From positions 204,213-268,212 of the forward strand of contig NW_019217865.1 of NCBI RefSeq assembly GCF_002571385.2: a stretch of DNA of 64,000 bases, given 5' to 3'. The position numbers and the translations under genes were made by a program. The stretch is from Stylophora pistillata. Its lineage: Eukaryota. The notes under the pieces are model-generated. The model saw nothing but the letters and a program-made list of their open reading frames with translations, did no database searches and was not told the origin of the DNA. This document shows, piece after piece, positions 1-17,393 of the stretch. The first letter of the stretch is position 1; every line of letters starts with the position of its first letter.

Positions 1-19
1 TAAGATATAACTAAGAATC

Positions 20-212
20 ATGCACTGCAAACCAAGCAGCCCACACAGCCACCATCGTCCATTAACATTTTCAAATCCATTCCTCTAACTGCCCTCTTAA
101 AACCCTCTAGTGAATTCAACGTCCTAATACGGGAAGGTAGCTTAGCCCATAGCACAGGTCCTAAATACCTAAGGGAATGCCTGCCATAATTAATAGAGTT
201 AAATCTTGGAAT
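20..212 (-). mobile_element. CR1/L2-type LINE 3' fragment
   Basis: Minus-strand translation IPRFNSINYGRHSLRYLGPVLWAKLPSRIRTLNSLEGFKRAV matches the C-terminus typical of CR1/L2 ORF2. Confidence 0.6.
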
Positions 213-214
213 TT

Positions 215-400
215 AAAAGCAGACACAACCCACAATTCCACTATTCGCTCCGACGAAGGGCTAACGCTCGAAACGTCAGCTTTTATAATCGTAACGGTGG
301 CCAATTTACCATTTCAACTTTGTTGATACATTCAAATTATTTCGTTACCCCCACCGACGCAGCCCCAAACAGTTTCTTTAGAAACTATCAGCCTTTTTAG
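215..400 (+). mobile_element. Penelope-like element terminal repeat with a minimal hammerhead-like motif
   Basis: Near-identical to the 3' end of the GIY-YIG elements at 17702-19019. Contains GCT-CCGACGA-AGGGC-TAAC-GCTC-GAAAC-GTC-AGC at 247-280. Confidence 0.85.
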
Positions 401-749
401 CATTATTTATAGTTGTCATGTATTCGTAGATGCGAAACAATATCACTTAGTCTCGTTTTCAACTCGCAATTCCACGCTGAATAACCCGCTTTGTTAGCCA
501 ATCAGAATGCGAGATGTTATTCGATGATGTGATTCTTTACTGAACTACTTTCAATATCGTTCATTGAGCTTACTTTATTCGGGTGTTTAGAATCCAGACA
601 TACTTCTTTCCATCCTGCCAACTATGCCACAATGTACGTCAATACATAGTCAGCTCGTCAAGTAGCTAGCCTGCTACTCTACTATAACAAGTAAATGACA
701 TTTAATTAATGTATGTTGATACAATATTCTGTCTTTGCTGACGGTGTAG

Positions 750-3985
<3,236 letters not shown>

Positions 3986-5627
3986 AATCCTAAAATATTC
4001 CACACAGGAACAAAACTAATTTAAATACAATTTTTGTATGGAAACTTTAATGGGATGAATACTTACGCAAATGTAAATTATCTAAAATGCTGTACATATA
4101 TCAACATAGAAATTTTATTTTTAAATTCCCCCCTTTATCACAGAAATTAGGAAAGGAATAATATTAGTGAGTGTACCCGACCCATTATTTGTTTGTGTGC
4201 TTTAACTCCTTCAAGATTGTGTTCCAGTAATGAAATTGAAATAATTCTCAAAACTTAGCAGTGCAGCAAAATTGACAAGAGAAAGCAAGATTATTCATAG
4301 CTACGCTGTAAAGAAAGTTTTGGGGAATCTTGGCTTTGAGATTTTTTCTATCGAAAGTCATTAAACCAAAGTAATCCTAATAGCCCATCAAGATAATGGG
4401 AAATTTAATGAAAAGCCAATGATAATTCAAAGTATTAAATGGGCAAACTGCACGAAGAGCGGAAAATGCAAGTGACAAAGTCGTTTGCTCTAAGAATCAC
4501 ATTTCTTAAAAGACCGTTTTGGACATAGAAAGCTATTTTGTTTTCTTTTTTTGTTCATTTTTTGCGAAGTCTTAGTGACGTTATTATCTAGTTCACTACA
4601 GCCATTGTGTCACTTGAAAGACTGGAGAGATTTTAAAAGTTGTCCAAAGCAGTCGGGGGGACTTGTGTAATACAATTTATCTTGCACCAAGTACCAAAGC
4701 GTGGAAGTCGTTACTGTCATAATAAGCAGTCTGTGGCAGATGATATTTTCCCCTTTCCTTCTAATCTACCTCCATAGTTTTTTGTTACAATCCGTGTGAC
4801 GTGTTTCCTGTTGATAATATTCATTAAACCTCTCGTCGTACGTTTGTACATCATTGTCAGAACCCTCTTGTTTCTGCATAGAAGCAAAAGTAATTAGAAA
4901 TAGAGTACTCTTAAGACAATAAAACATTCTTTTGTAATTTTGCTGTTTGATTTCGTATACATACAATTTAGTTTCACAAAATTCTCCTACTTTCTAGCTC
5001 CACAGCATACTGCAAAGTGGGCTAAAATCCCATTTTGGGGGGAATCTTAAGAAATACAGAATGCTATGCTAGAACAATGACTTATGTGAGCATGGCTTTT
5101 CAGGTCCCAGGTTACATTGGTCACTTTTGCTCAGAGAGGAAACCATTTATTATATATGTTCTGTACTTACTGACTGATTGGGAGGGCTAGACAGGAAAAT
5201 ATTTGGTTCATGATGTACAGACCAAGCACAGCAATGCCCATGTCATCACTGAGAGCCACACTACCTTGTCTGGCCCGACTAACTCAGTCAACAAGCATTT
5301 TATCATATGACAACTTAGAGATGGAAATCCCCAAAAGATAAATATAAATATTAATTTACATAATCAAAATAATTTAATAATAGATATAAGAATAAATATT
5401 CTAAATGGGGGACATGTTAGATGGCCACACGAGGGAAAACCACTAAAAAGATTCTGTGAGTGTAGCAGGGCTAGATGGCTCTTTCCAAACACTAACCCTA
5501 CACATGTCAGTTTTCACTATGGTTTTCTATAGGATAGCAATATATGGCAATCTGCAGTCTTTCCTTACACTTAGGTAGCATGGAAAGCCATAAAAATCTT
5601 GAACAAAAGCTCATCTAAATCCCACAG

Positions 5628-5848
5628 GGATCAACGAACGCTTTTCATTCCACTAATTTATTCTTGTTGCCATGTTCCCACCAATAACGTAGCTCCATTT
5701 TCTGCCTTTAAAACCCTTTTTCTGCCTTTACAACCCACAATTCCTCTATTCGCTCCAATGAAGGGCTAACGCTCGAAACGTCAGCTTTTGTAATCGTTAC
5801 GGTGGCCAATTTACCATTTCAACTTTGTTGATATATCCAAATTATTTC
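5628..5848 (+). mobile_element. Penelope-like element 3' fragment
   Basis: gggatcaacgaacgcttttcattc (GINERFSF) followed by the terminal repeat with a hammerhead-like motif whose core is altered to CCAATGA. Confidence 0.8.
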
Positions 5849-6968
5849 TATAGGATTGTGTGCCCTAGGGCTTACAGGTCATATGATATCACAATTATTT
5901 CCTTAACCCTACAGCCTAAAGGCTGTGACTTTAACAATTGCAAACAACACAACATATTGTACTCTCCACAAGCCAGTACCAATCGTGCTTGGGTCCTATA
6001 GGTATTATAAAAATCATTGGGACACCAGGGTCATTTCTAACCCAACTCAAGGGGGTATGTGAAATATTTAAAACCTCTTTCATGATGTGTACTATAATAC
6101 ATTACAAACCTGAACCAAATAACTAGGTAGACAACATCAGGCTTTCAAAGTTTATTTTTGACAAATCCACAGTTGACAATAAATCCTCTGCTGTTTCCAT
6201 AGTTATACAAGAAAGACAAAAATATGAAACAGAAGTGATATGTACAAATCCTCCATCTTTGCTCTTCTAAAATATAATTCACTATTCACAGAAATTACAA
6301 GGGAACTTGCTGATTGCACTGGTGGCTTATATAACATGCAGATGAAGAGAATGATATTTAAATTATCTACTTCTTAGCATAAGTATTTGTTTCTTAGCTT
6401 TACCCTTTAGTAATTGTATACCCTTAAGTTACTCCAACATGGGAGCACCATATTAGAGATTGAATACTTCTAAGAAAAACGATGTTTTTTAAATATCAAA
6501 GTTATCTAACTCAATTTGTAATACTATCAAAATCTTTAAACTAAACTGAAAATTTAAATACTAGCTGGAAAAAGATGTGTTTTCAAATCGAACCTGTCAT
6601 ATGGCAAAGTAGTACTCTGGACTGCTGACAAAAAAATGCTTTGTTGTAATCACTTATCAATTTAGCAGCTACTTAAGAGATTTTACAATAATTTTTACAA
6701 TCATGTAGCTGCTGCCAAAATTTATTTACAATTTGATTTATATAATAATTGACATAAAATGGTTTTCAAAGAGAAATTTACTAACATATAAAGCTGTGGT
6801 AGAAAGGAGTTAGCAAGATGCAAATCTACATAAATTGATTAATTTTTTTCATTATACTTGCACACTGAATAAATTAAGTAAAAAGTTCCCTGCAGATAAC
6901 ATCAGGAAAGCAATCAAGAAATTTGAAACAAAATGGTTCAATTGTATAAGAGCCTACAGAAGGTAAAT

Positions 6969-9900
6969 CTACCAAACTCTGGATTGTAAAGATTTTAGTG
7001 AGCTTTTTGATATTGTTCCATGTGTTTGTGCATAACTTTCAAATGGTGATCGACTTTGATTGGGATTTGGGACAGGTTTCCTTGCAGGTCTGTGTATTGT
7101 TTTAGCTGATGGAGGTCTTTGAGCTGGAACCTAAGAAGCAAACAAGGAGGACACTTAAATTCAAGTGACACTTATATGATAGTTTAAAGAGCCAGTAGAG
7201 AGGGCGACAAGATCAGGTTCTTATTCATGGCAAAACTAACGAGGAAAAAGACTGGAAGACTAAAATTTCACACAAACTAAGTAATGAGAGCTAAAAATAG
7301 AAAACAAGCAAATAAAACAGAAAGTTACAAGTAACAACTCTAAACAATGCAATGGCAAATTTTATTCAGTTTCATTCTTACAACTTTTGCTTAGATTAAT
7401 CTGATCCTTTTACTCACTGAATGTATGAACAAGATGGGACTATGTTATTGTCAAGTAAACCGGTAATTTAAGTTAAAATACATTTTACAAGATATGGTGT
7501 TCAATAGAAAAGCATGTTCTCAAGACAAGCATGTATGGTAGTAGGAGTTCAGAATACGGGGTCAGATTAGTTTAAACTTACCAAGCGAGCACTTGTAACT
7601 TGTAGAAGTTTGTCAGCACTATTACTGCGTGTGATGATGGTGTTCTTTGGCTTGACTTGTGCAGATATGGGCCTTGCACGTCCTGCTGGGTTTTGCCTTG
7701 GTGGGGACATAACCTGTAAAAAGGGATAAAATTTTCTGTGATTTGAGGGTATACAACACAATGAGTAAGAGAAAAAGAGGTAAAGAATTATAAGTAAAAG
7801 CTGACTGGACAACTAAACTGTGCTTACACTGTCATTTTCTAAGCTGTGCCTTCTCACCATACTCTTTCCAGCAGATGGTGATCTTTGGTGTTGTATCTTG
7901 GTAGTTCTTCCAAAAGCTACAGTCACTCCCTCACTCCTATGGACAGGTGATTTGACTGGTGAGCTGTGTATGGGTTGGTGTACCTGTGTCATGCTTGAAG
8001 TATGGGACGTGTAGTTTTCAACTTGTTTGAGAGGCTGAGACTCCCTTTCCTGTTGCCTTGCTTGCTCAGCAGCTTGTGCATGTTTCTGCTTCTGATCTTG
8101 GAGTAAAATCTCCCTTCTTTTTCTTCTGATGGTGGTTTTCTTCTGAATGATACTCTGCAAAAAATCAAGAGAGAGGCTTAAGTTTAAGATGTATCATGAA
8201 GTTACAAGAAAAAGTCTCAATTCAAAAGTTCAAAGCCATCAAACTAACTTAAAAGTCATTTTAAAAGCAATCCCAACTCAAAAGTAGACATCTCTATGAC
8301 ACCAAAGATGAAATTTAACTTAATACCAACCTCATAAAGTTTAACACGATACTCCTCCACGCTTAACTGAACATCGTCATTCAGGGCAGGAATCACATCA
8401 TAGTCCATTGATGGTTCTTCTTCAGGATTGTGGAATCTTGCTACATATGGATGACTCAAAGCCTGCTCTGCTGTCAGTCGCTTCTCAGGGTTAAACTGAA
8501 GTAATTTTTTCAACAGATCAATTCCATCTGGTGGTGCATTTGGAAGGATTTCCTCTATACTTTTCTTAGGTTTACAGGCCATTCTGTCTAACACTGATGA
8601 ACTATACTGTGACTTGATGCTGTCAATATCTGTGGTATACAGGGGAAAAGTCATGTTAATGGAAAATTGTATTGGCTAATCATTGTAAGAAAAAAAAATT
8701 AAAATAATTTTCCTCCTTAGCAAAGGAATTAAAACAAAGGGTGTAACATTAGTTAACACTCTGGTAACCAGCCCACTGCAATTCCAAACTGACACAGAAA
8801 TGAGAAATTTTGCCAATAGCAACATTACCTTGTCTAGAAGGAGTGGGGATTATTGTCATAATTTTCTCTATTTGATCTAAAGTTGATGTTCCTGGAAATA
8901 TTGGTTTTCCTGCAACCATAATAAAGTTATTAATAATTAACACATAACACAGGAAAGGTAAGGATGATTTCTTTTTTTCAGTTTGTGACATAACCACACC
9001 CAAATCCAATTAGGTAGTTGAGATACTCTTCTACTGAGTGGAAGAGAAGCTTTCAACTGGATTACTGGTATTTCATATACATTCTACTGACTGGGATCAT
9101 TTGAATGCCAACCAAAAGCTTTTGGATTGGGAATGAAGAAAATATTACCAGCCTCCTGCCTCCTGCCTCCTGCCTCCTGCCCTCGGTTTCTATTTCATAT
9201 GAGCAGAGAAGGCAGAGGAGGTTTGCCATGCCTCTTGTAAAGACAAATAGATTTGGAAATTCATTCATTGTTAAGAGTGCAAGGGAAGCATTTAAGTGAT
9301 TTTTAAGAGTAGACATCTTTGTAATTTTATTATAGTTATTTATAGATCATTTCTTATTTCTTACTTGTTAAGAGATGCAATTCAGTTTTTTAACTGCAAT
9401 GTTTTCTTAATAAATACAGTCAATCAATCAATCAATTCAGTTAAGAAAAAAATATTGAGAGGAGAGAGTTGGGCATTTATGAAGGTCTTCAAGTGACAAA
9501 TTTGGAACTTACCTAGGAGCATCTCTCCCAAAATACATCCTAGAGACCACATATCTACGCCCTTTGTATACCTGAGGGGAAGAAATGATAAAATACATTA
9601 ATTTTTATAATGAAATGAGTTAACACTGCTTGAGATAGGTTTAGTAACATGAAGTTGAAGCTCTTCAACTTGAAAAATTAAGCGATTCTCTTGCTTTACC
9701 TCGGTGATGCCAGCAGAATTTCAGGAGCTCTGTACCACCGTGTTGCCACATAATCTGTTAAACTAGGATCACCAGCTTCTTGCGTCATACTAGTTACTGA
9801 TCTAGCTAGGCCAAAGTCACACATCTGCGACATGAAAATTACTCAATTACATGTAGCAAAATAAAATTACTATGAATGATTTCTAGAATGGATATTTTTC

Positions 9901-12900
9901 ATCTTTGCTCTTTTCGTTCCATAAGCCTGCTATCTCCCGTTTTACAGCTAAATATTCTCTTTGTGTATCAATAAAATAACAACAGTACTATGTCTGCAAA
10001 ACAGAATAAATGCACCAAAAGAACATGCTCTAACTGGAAAATAAATCAATAATGATGGCCTTGAAAAGAGGGTACGAATCTGAAATTATAATTTATTTCC
10101 ACTATCATTTGATAGCAGGAAATCTTGCAATGTTTGAAAACAATTTATGACTTACCTTGACGAAACACTCTGAATCCAGAAGGACATTACTTGGCTGAAA
10201 GAAAATGGAGAATACCTTGTCAGCTTGGTTTTTGACTCAATCACCGAGACTTTCTAAACAAATCCTGAGATAATTTTAATCCCACCAACTTTCAGTCTGA
10301 TTAATACAAATTAATGAAGAGAGTTTGGTGCTCCGTTAACAACCTCTTCCTAATCTCATTCCTGTTTGCTGGATAATGTTTAAGAAGAGGTTTAACTCTA
10401 ATTTTCAGCAAACTTTCAGCATACCACTCAGCTGTGCAAGAACATTCACAAAAATTGTACATCATCAGAAAGATGTGCTATGAATTCTAATCAAACCTTC
10501 TGATCTCTGTGTATGACATTTCCGGAGTGTAGGTACATAACTGCCCTAGATATCTGCAGCACAAATAATCACAATATTACAAACCATATAGGCAATATAA
10601 TGTTAATGAAAAGGAAGGGTTCTCCCAATTTATGTCACAGAAGGAATCAATTATCATTAGAAGGGAAAATAACACCACCATCCTAAACATTCTAAAGATG
10701 TTTAATGTACAACTTGCCAAAAGGGAGAGTACAATATAATCAGTAGCCCCTAAATTCTTAAGTGGAGCCACATTTGTCCAATAATTTCTTAAAAATGACT
10801 AATTCATGATAAATGTTGTCTACTGATGTTAAACAGCTCCTCAATACTGAGATCATCATTTCCAAATATATCAAGATTTTAAATTTAATCTTGAAAATGA
10901 TGTGTAAAGTTTAATTAGTACAAAATATTTTTATCAAGAGATTGAAAGCACAAAAAATTTAAATTAGACTTCACAATGACAGTTTTTTTCTAATGACCTC
11001 AGAACAATACAGAAAACTCTTGAACAATATTGATCATGGGTGAGAAAAGCACATCATGCTCGGTGCCTTTTTTGACAATAAATTAAGTTAATTAAAAGCT
11101 TCTGGGAAAAGATTTTCTAAGATCTTTAGTTATTTGAGGCACTTGGATTAATGTGAGTGTTCCACTTTGAAAATAATTAGCATGATGGTTTTCAAAGAAA
11201 TTTGGAGGTAAGTTAATAAAATCAAACTTTGACAAGTAAAGACTTTTGCTTGTTATTAGGAATAAAATGCATAAAAAGTCGATGACATAACATTATGACT
11301 CCTTGGTGTCTTCTTTTGGAGAAGTTACCAGAATGTTTTCCTGTACACTAATTTATTAAGTTGAAGTACCTCACCTGATACATAATATATCTTTTGTGTA
11401 TATCTTTAAGAATGTTTCCTTTCTTTATTACATTGTGAAGATCAGTATCTGTGGTTAAAAAACAAAAGTTTAAAAAACACACTCATCTAATTCCTAATTT
11501 TGGTATAAATGTGTTAATTGTATTGATTGATAATATTTTCTGTATCCTTTCATAGTTATCAGTGATGTGCTGTAAAGCTTACAGGTGCTAACACTAGGAT
11601 TTGACCACAAAGCTGTGAAATGGAGTGCAAGAACGAAAATTTGAAATGTTATAAGGATGTAAATAAAAAGTTACATATCATTTTTTTTTTTTTAAGAAAA
11701 GTCCACTGTACATGTGTTTTTCGTTAATGCACTGAAAGTCATCATAATACTTGAAGAAAATTTGCAATCAAAATCAAACTGCACCCAAGAGTTTGACACC
11801 TGAAAGAAAGTTCATAAAATTGTGTCGCCCTGCTCTCGATGTGGAGTACCCCTAAAACTTGAAGAAATTTATGTAATAATTACTGACTCAAAATAGATCT
11901 AGTCAATCAAACTTGTTCACTGAATTACTATCACAGCCATATGTTCTTGTACCATTTCCAAAGGATTGACTTAATTCAAACATCATGAGAATTATAAATA
12001 TTAAACTTTCAAAGCACACTACTCAAGTTCCAGCCATAGGTATGAAAACACACCAAATTACATAATATTGAAAATGCCAGAAACCAGACAGTCCCACAAA
12101 ATGCCATATTGTTAATTTGATTTGCTTCTTTATATGTCACGAATTCAAGAACGTGGTGAATTGCACAAATTACCGTATGTTATCATTAACAACATGGCAC
12201 GATGCTTTAAGGTTGTTGTACAAATTTCATTCCTTTATACATACAACGTTGTGTATTATTTTGGAGTAACTCATAGAATTGCCATTAGTTATTCGAATAT
12301 CGGCTCTCAAACTAAAATACTCCACATTCTCAACTTAACTAAGAGAACTAGAACGTAAAAAATTACTCAATATAATCGAAGGAGGCCGAGCATGCAAATT
12401 ACCAAAACACGATAGGAAAACAGACGCGATCCCATTTTAGCACAAACTAAACGAGTCGGCTATTGGCCCTACAAGAAATGTCTGTTTAAAGCAATATGTG
12501 CTGGAATATTCCACGGCTGGACTTAAAAAGAGATAAGTAAAAATGCCGATTTATTAAAAATGATGTTTTTATGCACATAAAATCATGGTTTCCACTAAGG
12601 GCTAAACTTTACTGAACAAATTCCGTGATTAAGATTCAAAACTCACAATTAATTCAAAAATTAACTTACCCATATATTCAAATACAAGGTAGATGTCTTT
12701 ATCATTATCTGCTTTTATTACATTTAGCAGTTTTATGATGTTGTCGTGATCTCCAAATTCCTGGAATGAACACAGGACGCGGAAATCAACATTTGACGCA
12801 GAAAATGAAAGAGTACAGCGCTATTCAAATATAACTTCCTCTACGAAAACAAAATTTATAAGTTGTTGGAATTGACATACCTGAAGAAAACATATCTCAC

Positions 12901-13315
12901 GAAAGGTTCTCTGAAATAAAAAGTAAAACACGATGATGAACAATAATTATAATTTAGTATTCTTTCGTACAGATCCAAATATTTCAGAGAAATAGCGTCC
13001 AAAGTACATAACGCGGCAAAATTAGTGTATAACACATACCTGAGCGTCAGTTTGGTTTCTAAAAGCGTCAAAAATCTTTTTGACAGCAACGACTTCTCCC
13101 GTTCGTCGATCGATAGCTTTCCAGACAATTCCATAAGCCTAAAAACATTGTGAAACACGGTAAGAACGAACACGCCGGCAATTCTATTACTTGCGGTGAA
13201 ACATGGCGCGCATTGCGCCAAATTACAACGACAAAAGCCAATAACTTACTCCTTTTCCCAAACGTTTTTTGATTTCGTATTTCTTCGTTATGTGCGTATC
13301 TATTTCAGCACTCAT
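6969..13315 (-). CDS. MAPK15: Mitogen-activated protein kinase 15 (ERK7/ERK8)
   Basis: About 14 GT-AG exons. [65 protein letters not shown], the diagnostic [78 protein letters not shown], and a long basic C-tail ending QSRVW-stop. Confidence 0.95.
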
Positions 13316-13462
13316 GATTCAAAAGTTCGTCACAGAGGACGGAAGAACCCACTACGAATTTCGACTAACTATAAGACAAAGCCGAGTTTGCATTGTGGTT
13401 TAAAACAGAACTCAATCGATTCTTTGTTCTGATTGGTTTTCGTAAATGGTTTTTGATAAATA

Positions 13463-13476
13463 GTTGCTATGGCACC
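13463..13476. promoter_or_regulatory. RFX X-box-like motif upstream of MAPK15
   Basis: GTTGCTATGGCACC about 150 bp upstream of the ATG, with CCAAT boxes near 13431 and 13516. Confidence 0.5.
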
Positions 13477-15592
13477 ATTGGAGACCGTGCTGATGTCATG
13501 TCATCTATTTTGGACCAATTTCATCGTCATGTAATTTGAAGTTTGCAGGACTGTAGACTATCCTGTTAGCCCCAATATTTCTCTTGCGAATGGCGTATAA
13601 AATGCCGAGTAAGACATTTAAATAGAGGTTTCCTTTTAGGTGAATGACGCAGTTTATAGGGAAAATGCGTAGATTCACATTAGCTTACCAGCCCATGATA
13701 AACCCGACATCAAAAACTTGAGAATATTGATAAATCCTGAGGTCATGGGAAGTGTTCAGTGGAGCAAAACCAAATCATTTTTAAGTAATCTATTTTGTGA
13801 TATCAGCTGTAATGAGGCTCACTAAATCTCGATTTATGTTTTAGTTGCATAATTCTATTTCGGAGTAACAAAAAGGGAACATTGGTTTTGTTTTTGTGTT
13901 CAAAGTTATGACATGAGTCTCGACCGTCTAGTGGATAGCTTAACACGGGGAGATCACATGTCAACATAGCGATCAATAAGGCTCTACGTCGTTCACTTGC
14001 ATAAAAGGCATCATCAACTTTTCATCTCTCTGACTCTCCATGAATTGTGTTCGTGAATTTTTTGTAGTAAGCATCTAAAGCCAGCTGAAGTGCATCAATA
14101 TAGAGCATTCTAATCTCGGTTGTGACGTCACAGCCCTTATACACATATTAATGTTGTTACTAATTGAATTTATTTTTTGATTCAGGAAATTATAACATGC
14201 TCCTCTCTGAGCAGAAGATTCTTCTCACAGACAATAATTCTTTGTTTCATTATCTTGTGGAAAGATCGCCGAGTTTGGCTTAACTGCACCGAACGAAGAA
14301 ACTTTACGTGCAGATATATTACTATTGGTGAACAATTCTATATTTGCCTCAGTTATCTTAAGAGCTAAAATAGAGAAGGCCGCCACGAGTACCTTAAAGT
14401 TGAATTCTTCCACGAGTCATAAGACAGGTATGAAATCCTCTAACAAGAAACATTCATAGCTCACTCGTGTGGCATAAAAAAGGCTTAGTCACTTTGATAT
14501 ATGAAAAAAACAGCCAGTCGAAGTGGAACTCTCTCGTACACTCTACCAGTCTCAATTGATGTATTATTCTGTAAATCCCAACTGCTTACTTCTTTCTACC
14601 AACTGATTCCACTATCCTAAGTTTTAATGAAATGTGAAAGAATCAATAAAATTCGCTCCGGTTTTTTTGCGTAAGAGAATAATCTCAGATATATTGCGAA
14701 ACTTATGATTCAGAGAAAATAAAACGCCACTTCTTCCTCATTGCTACTATGCTCAAGAATACTTATCTTATTTATATCATCAGTGCTTGGGACTCGAAAA
14801 ATTTAGTGACGGCACTAAAATGTGTCTATCAATATTATAGTTTACTGTATTATTGCTGGCTACGAGCCCGCCGATCATCTAGGCTCCAGCGGTTAGACCT
14901 AACCCTAATTTGAGGCGCCTTCGGCACCAATTGGGTGCCTTTTCTGTCTGGTACACGACCACAAAACGCGGCTAACTTCACTACGGTGTAAGTCCGAGTG
15001 CAAAGAGCTTGGGATCATAAACAGTGTACCGTGGGGTAACTAAGGAGACATGTTCCCTCTTTAGACAGCGTGGGCAACTAGGCTCACCAGGTACAACACT
15101 GAAATACTTTTAATTTCCCTACAGTTTTTTATGTCTAACCGAAAACTCGATATTAAATTCAGAGTTTCTACCATTGACACAAAACCCACTGATAGACTCC
15201 AATCTGTGCTATTTTCAAAGAAAAATATGTGGTCTCTGTTTTAAATGGAATTGAGACGACCGTCACTGAGAAATAGGTATCAAAAATTGACAACTTGTGA
15301 CAAAAAGTGACAAATTTACTTAATGTGCAGTTATGGCCATACGTTTGTTGAGCAATTCATTCTTGACTTAATGCGAACAAATTTCGAAGAAAAAAAAAAC
15401 ACAAAACCTGAGACAAGGAACGAAAAAACAGTGTCGTTTTGCTGTTTACCAGATATGCAAAAACTGTTCAATACTCTGGCCAAGTTTTTGTCAGATACTA
15501 CAAGTAGTTATTGATAGTTTCACGAGAAAGAAAAATAGCCAACCAAGTCAACATCTGCTATGACAGAGATGAATTTCAGGGCCCATGACTGC

Positions 15593-17393
15593 TTATTCCA
15601 TTAAGTCGGGGCACTCCTTGGAAAGAATTCTTTTCATGCCTTCAAAATGAGCGTCGCAGAATTTTTGTCTTTCGCCTGGTCCGTCAAGTTGTTGATGTAC
15701 AAGCTTTGCTAATTCGTCTGGTATTTCAAACAATTCTTGTCCAGTCGACATTGCCAGGACCTAAAGAAAGCATAGAAAATATCGTTTAGTTCCCATCAAA
15801 GACTCAGAAAGGGTCCTTCAACTTCCACTTGGCGCGCACAAATTTGGTAAGGCTGTCACCTAATGAAAGTGTTATGCTAATCTACGAAATTCATTTCTTT
15901 AATTTGCTGAAAGGTTCTCTCACTTAATAAAAGGAAAACAATCAATAACCAATTTATTCTGGACACTAGTGTCCTAACTCCCCGAGCTTCTACTAACCAG
16001 AGCTTATTGTCATTGGCTCTTAGCTGTTTTAAGAATTAGAACGTTATTGTTTCAAGCCTCGCACTACACCGAAGAAAGAGTTTATCACCTCTGTAGTCTG
16101 ATGCCCTTATACATATGGTGCCAGTCAGAGACTACATCATGGATCCCTGCTTTTGTTAAAGCAAGAATAAACCATAATAATCCGGCACATCTCACCTGAT
16201 TCATACAGGCACGCTCTAAATAATAAGTATGATCCATAGCTCTTGCAGCATTGGGAGCCACCACCAGTACCCCGTGATTACACATAAACAGTACCGACTT
16301 GTCCCCTAGCTGCTTTGCTGTTCGCATGCCCTCTTCCTCGTCAGTACTAAGCCCACTGTACTCTCGATCGTAAGAAATTTGGTTGTAAAACAGACAGGCG
16401 TTCTGGTGGTACATTCCAAGCCTGGGATTTTTTAAGGTTCCTAAAATGAAGCAAGAATCAACGACTAAAAGGAATGAAAAACGATTCGACTACACGGAGG
16501 GAATTGGGGTGTCCTCGTTCCAACGATGTTATGGGAAATTTATGGTAATTTGGATAGATACCTAGGGCTGTGCAGTATGGTGGATGTACGTGGAAGGCGC
16601 AAACAGCATCTGGTCGAGTTCGATGAACTCCCATGTGAATTGTCGAGGCAGCTGTATCTACTTCACCTTCTCCATCGACCACTTCGCGTTTCACATTTAA
16701 GCCGACAAATGATGAGGCTTTAACCTTTAAAACAAACAAATAGGAATCAGAATAGAAAAACGACCGTGAAATTTAGCCTTATATACAGCCGATCCCGAAA
16801 TATCTCAACCCCTTGTCCGATGTTGACTCAGCTTGGGGCTTTTGGTTTCAATTATTCTGAACACCAAAAGAGCTTCGAAATATCATTAGAGGGGTACTAC
16901 TGGTATTAGTTAGCCTGGCCAGTATCCTCTCCACGAGGAGAGTGGGATTTACTTAAGAAGAACTCCTCACATTTAGTTAGAAGACACGAGACAGACACCC
17001 CACCAAAGGCAGGAGTGCAATGAAAGAAATCTATCGTTCATCTAAGGACAGTGGAAGCTTTACTACCTCGCTCCAGTGCAGTCCATATGGGATGATTAAC
17101 ATCACCTCTCCGTCTCCGCTTGCTGCAGGAGCCATTATACTCAAATGATTACACACCCCTTCGTGTAAGTTGTACTTTTCCAAAATGCGATAGGAAGCTG
17201 CTAGATCAACTCGGCGTCGCCAATTTTCGGCCCGGGCTTCTTCAGCTAGGGGAGTTTTAGATATTGTGCTGCTCAGCGGCCTGCCTGCTGAGATAGCAGT
17301 TCTCGGGAGGCGGCTGAATTCAGTCAGTTCGGGTGATTGAAGGAAGCGCCAAGGTTTAGGAAGAAATCGCAGCCCTGCCGCCATATTTTGCAT
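15593..17393 (-). CDS. Class II aldolase/adducin head-domain protein
   Basis: Four exons at about 17067-17393, 16562-16725, 16196-16441 and 15593-15761. Motifs RVDLAASYR, EGVCNHLS, IPYGLHWSEVKASS, IHMGVHRTRPDAVCAFHVHPPY and LFMCNHGVLV (metal-binding HxH plus NHG), then YYLERACMNQV. Confidence 0.88.

Noticed and set aside
14850-15100. GC-richer island with ctaaccctaa, possible ncRNA or telomeric seed
   Set aside because: Only about 1.5 telomere-like units and no recognisable RNA fold. Probably an unclassified repeat.
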